DNA of 64,000 bases from assembly GCA_964414295.1 (NCBI GenBank), contig CAYPVU010000046.1:2767-66766 (forward strand). The letters run 5' to 3'. The stretch's first letter is position 1. Every line of letters starts with the position of its first letter. This document shows positions 19,101 through 25,878 of the stretch, piece after piece. The notes under the pieces were generated by a model. The model was not told the origin of the DNA. It saw only the letters and a list, made by a program, of their open reading frames with translations, and did not search any database. The stretch is from an uncultured Candidatus Saccharibacteria bacterium (lineage in GTDB: Bacteria; Patescibacteriota; Dojkabacteria; J137). The position numbers were made by a program, and so were the translations under genes.

Positions 19101-22100
19101 AATGCTTGAACAAAATCATATAATAATCTAGCTTGATCTAAATCTTTAATAGTTAAATCTTCAGTAACTCCTAAATGATCTAATATTTGATACATCCAAG
19201 GATATTGATTAACATTGTTTTTAAGAACATTAATCATAGAAGGCATATCAGTAATACCATTTAAAGTTTCAGCTAATATAGCCCAAGTTTTATCAAAGTC
19301 TACTAATTTAACTTCTCCTTTAGCTATTGCAGTATAAAGGTTACCTTTATCATTAAACACACTAGCATCTTTATATTCAAATAAATTGCGTATTAATAAT
19401 TTAATAGTATTAGGTAATCCATTCTTAGATGAAAATTCAACAGATGGTTTAAAATCTAAACCTGAGTTTCTATCATTTATTTTAATCTCATCATACTCTT
19501 CTACTTCATTAAATGTAGATAACCCAAACTCTGATAAATTATCATAATGTAATTTAGAAAACTCATTCCAGTTTTGTATAATTAAACTATATAATTTTGT
19601 ATCTGCTACAGAATTAGCTTCTTTAATATAATCTAATAACATAGGGTAGTAGTAAACTTCTAACATCCCTTTATCAGATATTTTACTTAAATGCTTTTGT
19701 GAAAATCCTCTTTTAGTATAGATATTCATGAATATAATATTCATAGCATCTAAAGCAGTTTTAACTTGTTCTTGAGTTAAACTTACTTTTCTAGTAACAT
19801 TATTATCATCAGTATAATTAAATATTCTAACTCTAAAGAAGTTATTATTAGTTGTATTTAATTTATTTAAATTACGAGTAATAGGTGTAGCATTAGCATA
19901 CATACCTTTATTAATTTTATTAAATAAAGTATCAGCATCTAATGGTTTACCTAATATTAAATGTTTAAAGAAATCAAATATCTTTTGGAAGAAATTCTTT
20001 TTAGTTTTTTCTTCTTTATTAAATTTTAATTTACCATCTGATAATACATAATCTCTAAACTCTTCAGCTAATGCTTCTTCCACTTCTAAATCTGTAGCAT
20101 TAGGTTTATTGTGTCTTTTTCTATAATCATTGTATAATGATAATCTTTGCTTATCATTTAAAAATAATTGTGATACTACGTGAAAAGCTTCATGGTAAAC
20201 AGTACCTACTTCTGCTACTTCAGATACTTCAACTGTACCTAATTTCTCAGCAGATACATAAAATCTACCAAATGCTTCTTGTCCATATTTAGCAACTTCT
20301 ATTAAATCAGATACTTTAAGAAACTTAATTTGAGGAAATCTTTCTCTAAACCAAGCTTCTTCTTTTTCCATATCTATCTTTTCATATGGATTATTATCTG
20401 TTTTAAGTCTAAAATTAAAAGGTAGAGCAATATCTCCAGATTCAGTTAAATTAATATCTAATGCAGATCCTGTGGTTGTTTCACTGTTAACTTCTGTTTT
20501 ACTAATTACAGGTTGACTAGCAGATTGTATATTTAAAGCTTCTAAAGCAGCTTGTGAAGCATCATCTATTACTATACCAGTATTATCAACAGGTACTTCT
20601 TCTTGCATACCTTCTTTAATATCTATATCTATATTAGTAATATCAACAGCTTGATTTATATCACCAAATGCAGACATTACAGACTCATTGACTGTAGGAT
20701 TATTAGTTGGTGAAACAGGCTCTGACTTATTACCTAATACATTAGATAAGCTAGTGCCAGTAAGAGTAACTTTTTGAGTAGAAGTAGTCTTAGCTATAGG
20801 TTGATCATATAGATTATTAGAATCATATGAAAAATATACACTTAAAAATCTTTTACCAGTATTATTAACGTTCCCTACAACATCTGTTGAAAATATAGGA
20901 GTTCTCTTTTGAGGAGCTATAGATTTACTACCAGGTGTAGCATGAGCAGTTAAATACTTAGCATAACTATCATATAAGTTATAGTTTTTAATTTCAAGCT
21001 TTTTATCTTTTATTTCCCAATTAGTTATCTCTAAATGTTTACTAGTATTATCTCTTTGTTGATCTAATAATTTTTTAGATACATTATTTAATTTATTTTC
21101 TAATAACCAATCTTTTAATAACTTTTGATTTTGTTCATCAGCTATCTTATCCATTGTAATAGTATTTTCACCAAATACTAAACTATTAGCTTCATAATCA
21201 AAGTATATAGCAGTCTTAGGATTCTGATTATTATTTCCCCAATAAATTAAAGATCCTATAATAGAATAAGATTTATCTTGAATATTTTCAGATTGTTTAG
21301 ATGGTACTAAATAATATTTAAAACCATCTATCATAATATGATTTTGTCTAAAATTAGATAAATCACCATTAGATATATTAGATATATATTTTAATATATC
21401 TATAATTAAATCAGCATTTTTACTAGAAATATTATTAGGTACTAATTCAGCAACTGTACCTTCAGGTCCTAATATTACTTGCCCATTAGCATTAGGAATA
21501 AAGTAATATAAAGCTCCTGATTTTCTAACATTTTTAATACTACCATCAGGTAATACTATATGAGGAGTTTTATTATTCTCAGTGGTTTGTGCTACAAATA
21601 AAGACTTATGTAAATTATCATCTACACCAAAAGTTTCTTCTACATTATTTCTAGCTCTTTGTCCATTTCTAGTAACAATAGTATTTAATATACCATTAGA
21701 TTTACCAGTAACTTTTAAATATACAGGTTTATCAGATGACTTAATTTTATTTCTAAAGTCCTCAAACTTTTGAATATCATCTACTCTACGTTTATTATAT
21801 TCTTCTTCTGTTTCACCAGGTCTAGTTTCTGAAGCTAATACTCTATCATAATATGTAGGTTCATGTATAAATGCATATAGATGTACTCCATCTACTATAA
21901 CAGGTTCAGTACCATTATATAAAAATACTTTGATAGTACCATCTTCTTGTGCTTCAGCTCTTAAAAAATAATTATTATCTACAGTATTATTCTTAGGATC
22001 TCTTAGATAATCAAACCATTTATCAGCATCATTTTCAGTATTAAATTCTAACTGACCTTCTTCATTAAATATATCTTCATACTCTCCAGTATATAATACA

Positions 22101-25100
22101 TCTAATCCAGCAGTAGAATATAAATTAGGTTTAGCTTTTCTAGTTAACTTATGAGTAGTTTTAGCTACATCTAAAGAATTATCTTTTGTATCATTAGACT
22201 CTTGTTCATTAAAAGATATTTCTCCAGGTCTAGATACACTATTAGTAGATTGTTTAAATAAGCTAGAATAACGTTTTTTATGCTTATCTAATACTTTTTT
22301 ATATTTAGCTAAAGGTTTTAACTCAGCTTTATATTGTTCTAATAATCTTTCTTTTTCTTTTATTAAATTTTCTAATATAGCTGCTTCATTTTCTCTTAAA
22401 GTAATTTCTTCATTAAGAGCAATATTTTCTTTAGAATTAACAGGTAAGTTATCTAACTCTTTTATAGAATTAACTTTATCTAATAACTTTTTAAAATATT
22501 CATATTTACCTCTTAACGCAGCTTTAAGTTTATTAATTATTTGTTTTAAAATAGATAATGATTCTTTAGCTGTAGATATAGCCTTTTCTGTATCTTCAAT
22601 TAATTTTTCTAATTGAACAGCTCTACCATCTAAATCAACTAAATTAAGAGAAGCTAACTCAGGTCTTTTAGATTCTAAATCGTTTTTCTCAGATTCTAAT
22701 TTACTTATTTCAGATTGAATAGAATAATAAATATTATTTAATTTTTCAATCTTTTCTAAGATAAATTTATTTTTTATTTTTTTCTTATCTTTAGTAATAT
22801 TAGATATTTCTTCTAATATTTTATTAGCTTCATTTTCTTTAGCTGTTATTTTTCTATTAATAGAATCTATTCTTCGATCTAATTGAGATAGAAGTTCATT
22901 AATTGTAGCTAATCTACTAGCAGCATCAATAAAGTCTTCATTAGCTTTATTTCTTAAACTTAAAGCAGCTTCATCTAACTTACGAGGCTTATATTTATTT
23001 TTGTTTTTGAATAACTCATTAATAGCATATCTAGTAACACCACCAGTAGGTTTGTGTACTTCTAAGAACTTATTACCAGAAGCATCTTGTATTACAGTAC
23101 CTTCTAATATTTGTCCATCTATATCTACTTCTACAATGTCACCAGTATTATATTCAGCTTCAAATTCTTTTAATTCTGTTTCATCCTTAGCAGCTTTAGT
23201 TTCTTTTTCATTAACTATTTTAGTAGCTTCTTCTTCTTTCTTTTTAGCTTCTTTAGCTTTCTTCTCAATAGTTTGAGGATTAGTTAATTCATCAAATCTT
23301 TTATAAGACTTTCTTAATTCTTTTATAAAAGCTTTTCTTTCTTTCTCTAAAGCTTCTAAATCTTTTTTAGAAGGTGATCCTTGTAGTTCATCAGAAAGTT
23401 CTTCAGCAGCTTCAGAAAGAGCTTCAGCAAATAAGTTTTTATCTTTTTCTAATTCTGCTTGTTTAATAGATACTTTATTGTTTAAAGCTTCTAAACCTTC
23501 TTTTAAACTTTTTTGTACTAAGGCTTCATTAAATATTTGATTTCTAACAGCAGGAGTAATTCCTCCAAATCTATCTGTTAGTTGATTATATAATTGTTCT
23601 AACTCTAAAGCTTTTTGTCTATATTCTCTAGATATAGTTTTACCATCTATAACATTACCTTTAGAATCTTTCATTTCAGGTAATACTATACCTTGTTGAG
23701 CTAATTGCTCATTAGTTAAGTCTTTAAGAGAATCTATCTCATTTAATAATCTTTCTCCTAAACCAGCTTCAAAATGAGTAAAAGCCCATCTATTAAATTG
23801 CTGATCTTTAAAGTAATTAAATAGTTCTTCACTACCAGCCTTAGCAGCTAGTTCTTGAGCTTCTTGTAATTTACCAGATTGTGCGTATTCTTGTATAGTT
23901 TTAATTATAGCATTCTTATCAACTTTTAATTCTCCAGTTTTTTCATCTTTAGTAATAAATTTACCAAAAGTATCATTCTTAAACTGATTAGCGTCTATAA
24001 GCTTTTTAAGATCTTCTAATTGTTTTCTTTCAGCTTTACCTCCTTCACCTATAGCTTTAGCAGAAGCTCCAAATAATCCACCTAAGATCATACCTGCTCC
24101 CATTGCATCCCAACCTTCTTTAGTTGTAAATGCGTTCATATATTCTTTAAATACTCCAGATATAGTTCCTAAATCTTCATAATCTGGTTCTAAATATTTC
24201 TTTTTATTATATTCTTGGAAAGCGTGTTGTAAACCTTCTTCAACTATACCTTCACTAAATGCTTGAGTAGCAAACTCTTTACCTATTTGTTTAGTAACAG
24301 CTTTCTTAGGTAAAGCAATAGTACCATCTTCTAATACATCTAATAAAGCTTTTCTACTATTATTATATCTTCTAAACCAAGAAGCAGCTTGCATCTTTTC
24401 TAAAGGTAATAGTAACATATTTAAACCAACTGTAGACATAGCAGCTTCAGCAGCTTTTTTCTTAGCTGTAGAATCATCATATCCTTGATTTAATAAATCA
24501 GAATATACTTCATCATATGTTTGTTTACCTTCAGCAATAGACTCTATAGATCTTGCAACACTACCAACAGTCCATTCAGATAGTTCTTTTGTAACTTTAT
24601 TTAAAGGAGTTTTTTGTAAGCTATTTGCATTTAATACTTTAATAGCAGCTTTATCTCCCATACTAGCAGCTTGTTCTAAAGCACCTAATTCTCCTATACT
24701 TAATCTAGTAGCATCAGATAATCTTTTACCATATAAAGATTTAGTAGCAGGTCCTATTAATTTACTAGCCCCATAACCAGTTAAATAAGCAGAAGCTATA
24801 AAAGCAGCACCATCAACTAAATCATCTGTCCAATAATCTAAGTCTGTTAAAGCTCTATGTAAGAAGTTTTTATTTTGATCAGCTTTAGTATTATAAATAG
24901 GAAGAGCTTCTTTTATACTTTCTTCAATATCCATAATAGCTCTAGATACAGGATTTTCAAATAAAGCAGAAGCATCTTGTTGAATAAGAGCAGAAGGAAT
25001 ACCTATTAGTATATCAGATATACTTGTAGCAGCTTTAGTAACTGTAGTACCAGCTAATCTACCTATACCATGAGCTACTGATTCACCTATACCAAATCTT

Positions 25101-25375
25101 TCAGCTCTAATTTCTTCTAATTCATCTTTAGAGAAATATGGAGATCTAAAGTCCATATCTCTAACATCTTCATTAGTAGCCCAAGATTTACCGTAACCAG
25201 CAGTTTCTGTAAAAATATTTGATCTGCTACCAGATTTGTAGTTTCCTCTTAATATATCATCAACTGTTAAAACAGGTGCTTGTCCTTGTAAATTAGTATT
25301 AGTAGAAGTAGATTTTTTATTTTTATCATCTCCTCCTGTATTACCAGTTAAAATATCATCTATTATAGCGCTCAT
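13151..25375 (-). CDS. giant multidomain virion protein (4074 aa): coiled-coil N-terminal third, HExxH zincin motif, crAss-like virion RNA polymerase DxDxD motif, C-terminal NADAR/YbiA-like domain
   Basis: Uninterrupted 12.2-kb ORF. VYHEAFHVVSQLF at about aa 1728. SDFDVDK at aa 3010-3014 (nt 16334..16348). NADAR-like ELSNFAVRPFTFKGVSFNSVEQAYQSLK...FEQNPKALQKLLATGKSELTHTQDKGKWGKEFPKLLMEVRQEL at aa ~3795-3927. Confidence 0.6.
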   Translation of the reverse strand: MSAIIDDILTGNTGGDDKNKKSTSTNTNLQGQAPVLTVDDILRGNYKSGSRSNIFTETAGYGKSWATNEDVRDMDFRSPYFSKDELEEIRAERFGIGESVAHGIGRLAGTTVTKAATSISDILIGIPSALIQQDASALFENPVSRAIMDIEESIKEALPIYNTKADQNKNFLHRALTDLDYWTDDLVDGAAFIASAYLTGYGASKLIGPATKSLYGKRLSDATRLSIGELGALEQAASMGDKAAIKVLNANSLQKTPLNKVTKELSEWTVGSVARSIESIAEGKQTYDEVYSDLLNQGYDDSTAKKKAAEAAMSTVGLNMLLLPLEKMQAASWFRRYNNSRKALLDVLEDGTIALPKKAVTKQIGKEFATQAFSEGIVEEGLQHAFQEYNKKKYLEPDYEDLGTISGVFKEYMNAFTTKEGWDAMGAGMILGGLFGASAKAIGEGGKAERKQLEDLKKLIDANQFKNDTFGKFITKDEKTGELKVDKNAIIKTIQEYAQSGKLQEAQELAAKAGSEELFNYFKDQQFNRWAFTHFEAGLGERLLNEIDSLKDLTNEQLAQQGIVLPEMKDSKGNVIDGKTISREYRQKALELEQLYNQLTDRFGGITPAVRNQIFNEALVQKSLKEGLEALNNKVSIKQAELEKDKNLFAEALSEAAEELSDELQGSPSKKDLEALEKERKAFIKELRKSYKRFDELTNPQTIEKKAKEAKKKEEEATKIVNEKETKAAKDETELKEFEAEYNTGDIVEVDIDGQILEGTVIQDASGNKFLEVHKPTGGVTRYAINELFKNKNKYKPRKLDEAALSLRNKANEDFIDAASRLATINELLSQLDRRIDSINRKITAKENEANKILEEISNITKDKKKIKNKFILEKIEKLNNIYYSIQSEISKLESEKNDLESKRPELASLNLVDLDGRAVQLEKLIEDTEKAISTAKESLSILKQIINKLKAALRGKYEYFKKLLDKVNSIKELDNLPVNSKENIALNEEITLRENEAAILENLIKEKERLLEQYKAELKPLAKYKKVLDKHKKRYSSLFKQSTNSVSRPGEISFNEQESNDTKDNSLDVAKTTHKLTRKAKPNLYSTAGLDVLYTGEYEDIFNEEGQLEFNTENDADKWFDYLRDPKNNTVDNNYFLRAEAQEDGTIKVFLYNGTEPVIVDGVHLYAFIHEPTYYDRVLASETRPGETEEEYNKRRVDDIQKFEDFRNKIKSSDKPVYLKVTGKSNGILNTIVTRNGQRARNNVEETFGVDDNLHKSLFVAQTTENNKTPHIVLPDGSIKNVRKSGALYYFIPNANGQVILGPEGTVAELVPNNISSKNADLIIDILKYISNISNGDLSNFRQNHIMIDGFKYYLVPSKQSENIQDKSYSIIGSLIYWGNNNQNPKTAIYFDYEANSLVFGENTITMDKIADEQNQKLLKDWLLENKLNNVSKKLLDQQRDNTSKHLEITNWEIKDKKLEIKNYNLYDSYAKYLTAHATPGSKSIAPQKRTPIFSTDVVGNVNNTGKRFLSVYFSYDSNNLYDQPIAKTTSTQKVTLTGTSLSNVLGNKSEPVSPTNNPTVNESVMSAFGDINQAVDITNIDIDIKEGMQEEVPVDNTGIVIDDASQAALEALNIQSASQPVISKTEVNSETTTGSALDINLTESGDIALPFNFRLKTDNNPYEKIDMEKEEAWFRERFPQIKFLKVSDLIEVAKYGQEAFGRFYVSAEKLGTVEVSEVAEVGTVYHEAFHVVSQLFLNDKQRLSLYNDYRKRHNKPNATDLEVEEALAEEFRDYVLSDGKLKFNKEEKTKKNFFQKIFDFFKHLILGKPLDADTLFNKINKGMYANATPITRNLNKLNTTNNNFFRVRIFNYTDDNNVTRKVSLTQEQVKTALDAMNIIFMNIYTKRGFSQKHLSKISDKGMLEVYYYPMLLDYIKEANSVADTKLYSLIIQNWNEFSKLHYDNLSEFGLSTFNEVEEYDEIKINDRNSGLDFKPSVEFSSKNGLPNTIKLLIRNLFEYKDASVFNDKGNLYTAIAKGEVKLVDFDKTWAILAETLNGITDMPSMINVLKNNVNQYPWMYQILDHLGVTEDLTIKDLDQARLLYDFVQAFSKTKNDYVKTIVDRDGNIYSIDAITEKLESKIRKEFLSGIKNSKYSIGTKEEKLKLYNSVKDNDKLFLDSLGIKLSNEETYKKAKGIVAELKAEVLKSINEDKQITEWFNYGDNISAGRFKQLINMEALNSVDEIELNFINSEGKSVYAVTLYNYLAQIINDLKNNKVLPQLDTANNKNIVHSTWLGQIKNNSKLQIVIRDGISAEEESKHHSKLSEKDIIISRIIDLLDNKIHTLLRPADKKLEYGLKGLKVFTKEDIQIDNNRVSVNPELQRQFFGYVLDELNRINSYDTLEGVEEFDKNGKEFLLFDWLSDKLKSDLITYKLPIIEGTKVYDELLDRFRGELFDYLTDYTNNRLLPKLQEFNVTSSDLSKNLQSYKINEIAAIFGVNELISAIEQTKLFFGDLAYFKDFYKRTPGIIATGKIPAIDSYINNLIYRDHFINVLPEQVSEYPTDGTMKVAVYKDVIITSLLTDEYKKYIDPAIVDETYAKLNEADAQGYITLPAFRDYMIRLGGYYWSDSHEAAYKKLMNNQTITKEEFALFSPIKPMHYGPDLNYKDSYVPFYLKLSLVPLLPTMIKGSKLENLNKSLMNNGVGIAVFESGNKVGTPSKVMLNDLYVNNDPNSDIKISNKGELYTNKIRLDYLRLQLDTNQEVKTNILYGTQLRKLLFSNLFGLGVDNNYQLIDFYNNKEVTATELFNEYSDIIDRLTEISKEKLLSELGVTKEEDIYTFNNTEKLLKLIKAEVRQRNLPENIIDGLDELYDKDNPSKLKASLDSLVVRNKIENLFQALVNNRIIKQKTKGTTLIQVASTGFETVGMKTDKEVGSRRLAFVRKNDKNGKEILQAEILVPNMWADKGVKTVEDLAKINPELLDVLGYRIPTQGLNSMVSFKIVGFLPAESGQSVVVPSEIVAQGGSDFDVDKLNIFINNHNFDNKPLSEEQILQNRLNQINHTVLRNSGPNDIIFKQLITPNGSTKLKQLYEEFYDDGSSKVKGSKLIEFPTILDTHVRNMEGKAGVGQSALHNTFHILSQIANLYVVPGFSYNFDFNKTQEGYPSLAGVYDNKGNTLISEMISEFLTAFVDNAKDPFISKMNINPMTTDLALYMISIGADYKFVIEFLNQPIIRDFVKESRINKGLTGKNNLSKNEVIKKIRDKYIKQLNKDSVKLYQYSLYDAKEPEVIKFVNTQYKKDRDNILGNNTFNFNNLRELRQLSEAENAKLQLQLLDDYLRLMEDSKLYTDAINATKDDTFGVGKDLPSAYNYIAKQEKAGIDPTVPIGRVLIPNLKEVYNATFMRGFKNNGAKFSIDLWGQLLLTGSPLYKKFLNEIKSFMNIEGDIQDEKLLDTITDSFLNYVYLVGLDETLVNQNLLKELFLGDNSVGKQILAIKRDPNHPLHNNLFINRYVIPLIKNKSSIDNVQFINKKFNKYTSDQITGSIQELFNTNPALGGKLIDLALFQSGIAESYLSYMKYLPADKMIPVLQRALNLFKEAYIKDQEGITRGFVVQFAKNNWKTVLSKFKLYNMVFNQELQEMIPLYNTNRVYKDGDRILGFSLKKSDYNKVYSNKKYIKMWNPDAKREFIYENMGKDSQDMPVFVIDNPLGNGANLQEWYKTKKKSIIDENNTGLTLEQRNFIADSLGRVNEYNMVKPTPISTIEINETNVEQDNVIEDELTSALLNPVELSVPAKEAPIDNLFDPSLPKINIYADTNENAELSNFAVRPFTFKGVSFNSVEQAYQSLKGGKFDKATYDNRAYIPFNRNGVMTVSKFRGPLGTTTDAQQTELMGQLIKASFEQNPKALQKLLATGKSELTHTQDKGKWGKEFPKLLMEVRQELKVTDNLDNYILKNQEFSIDHPNKETSTPIIDYKIDSKNNFNNIKINVISVNNNVTTAKITYNDGYTFTEDFNTEDFNKKMKMYGIKDKFNNLDNYINSLINSDKSIIFANLIQEVKDKLEAQDITESYFNMGTEEDKRVMLKCLKNNQ
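13595..13993 (-). other. NADAR (YbiA/DUF1768-like) domain segment of the giant ORF
   Basis: Aligns by eye with E. coli YbiA. GDFSNFAAWP..DG..W.TSEHYFQAQKF matches ELSNFAVRPFTFKGVSFNSVEQAYQSLKGGKF. FEQHAELRALLLAT...WGDGGHGKGKNRLGYLLMELREQL matches FEQNPKALQKLLATG...WGKEFPKLLMEVRQEL. Confidence 0.6.
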
Positions 25376-25390
25376 TATTATTTAATTTAA

Positions 25391-25430
25391 TTTGCAAATA
25401 TACTAAATATATTTAATATTCACAAATATA
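25391..25430 (-). promoter_or_regulatory. two copies of the Bacteroidota -7 element TAnnTTTG (TATATTTG) upstream of the giant gene
   Basis: Plus-strand TTTGCAAATATA (25391-25402) and CACAAATATA (25421-25430). Reverse-complemented they read TATATTTGCAAA and TATATTTGTG, lying 16-50 nt upstream of the ATG at 25375. Confidence 0.4.
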
Positions 25431-25447
25431 GAATATAATATTATTTA

Positions 25448-25654
25448 TTATCCAAACAATTCATTATAGAAGTTAATATCTTCTTTTTTAAATATAGCTT
25501 TAGAAAAATTATCTAATCCTACAGTATTTATTATTTCTTGTAACTTACTATCAGAATTAAATTTATCAGAACCAATTTCTTTTATTAAATGTTTTAAATA
25601 TGATTCTGTATTATTTTCAAAAGCTGGTGCATATTTACTTATAAATTGTTTCAA
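25448..25654 (-). CDS. hypothetical small protein
   Basis: 68-aa ORF upstream of the giant gene. Confidence 0.3.
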   Translation of the reverse strand: MKQFISKYAPAFENNTESYLKHLIKEIGSDKFNSDSKLQEIINTVGLDNFSKAIFKKEDINFYNELFG

Positions 25655-25878
25655 AGTAAGATTTCTAGAAGCATCTAACGCTACTTGTTTCTTTAAAGCT
25701 GTAAATCCTTCTTGAGGATTATTAAACTTAGCCCAGTATCCTATAACTTTACCAGACTTATCATATCTAGGTTCACCTTTAGTAGCTCCAGGTTGATTAG
25801 CAAATACTAAGTTTCCAGGATTATTATGATATTTTGCTATAGACTGTCCTGACTCTTTCCTGGTTTGAGTAGGACTTT

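Noticed and set aside
20100-20200. Possible single-base discrepancy (run of A) when hand-translating around the HEAFH codons
   Set aside because: My manual count gave an off-by-one frame relative to the supplied intact ORF. This is most likely my transcription error in a homopolymer, so it is not reported as a frameshift or pseudogene.
15099-23276. Four + strand ORFs (15099..15314, 18237..18467, 21582..21773, 23001..23276) antisense to the giant gene
   Set aside because: Short hydrophobic or low-complexity translations that lie wholly inside a clearly coding 12-kb ORF on the other strand. This is a typical antisense artefact of AT-rich sequence, with no start context.
13151-25375. Alternative reading of the giant ORF as an N4-like single-subunit (T7-type) virion RNA polymerase
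   Set aside because: No T7-like motif A/C (D...HDS) or motif B (Rx3Kx7YG) spacing was found. The alternating DFDVD triad, the Bacteroidota host signals (T9SS CTD, TAnnTTTG promoters) and the TerL-portal-capsid-giant gene order fit a crAss-like two-barrel enzyme better. This remains unverified without a profile search.
13151-25375. Stop-codon reassignment (TAG/TGA recoding) in late genes, as seen in some crAss-like lineages
   Set aside because: All late genes, including the 12-kb ORF, are intact under the standard code, so there is no sign of in-frame stop suppression.
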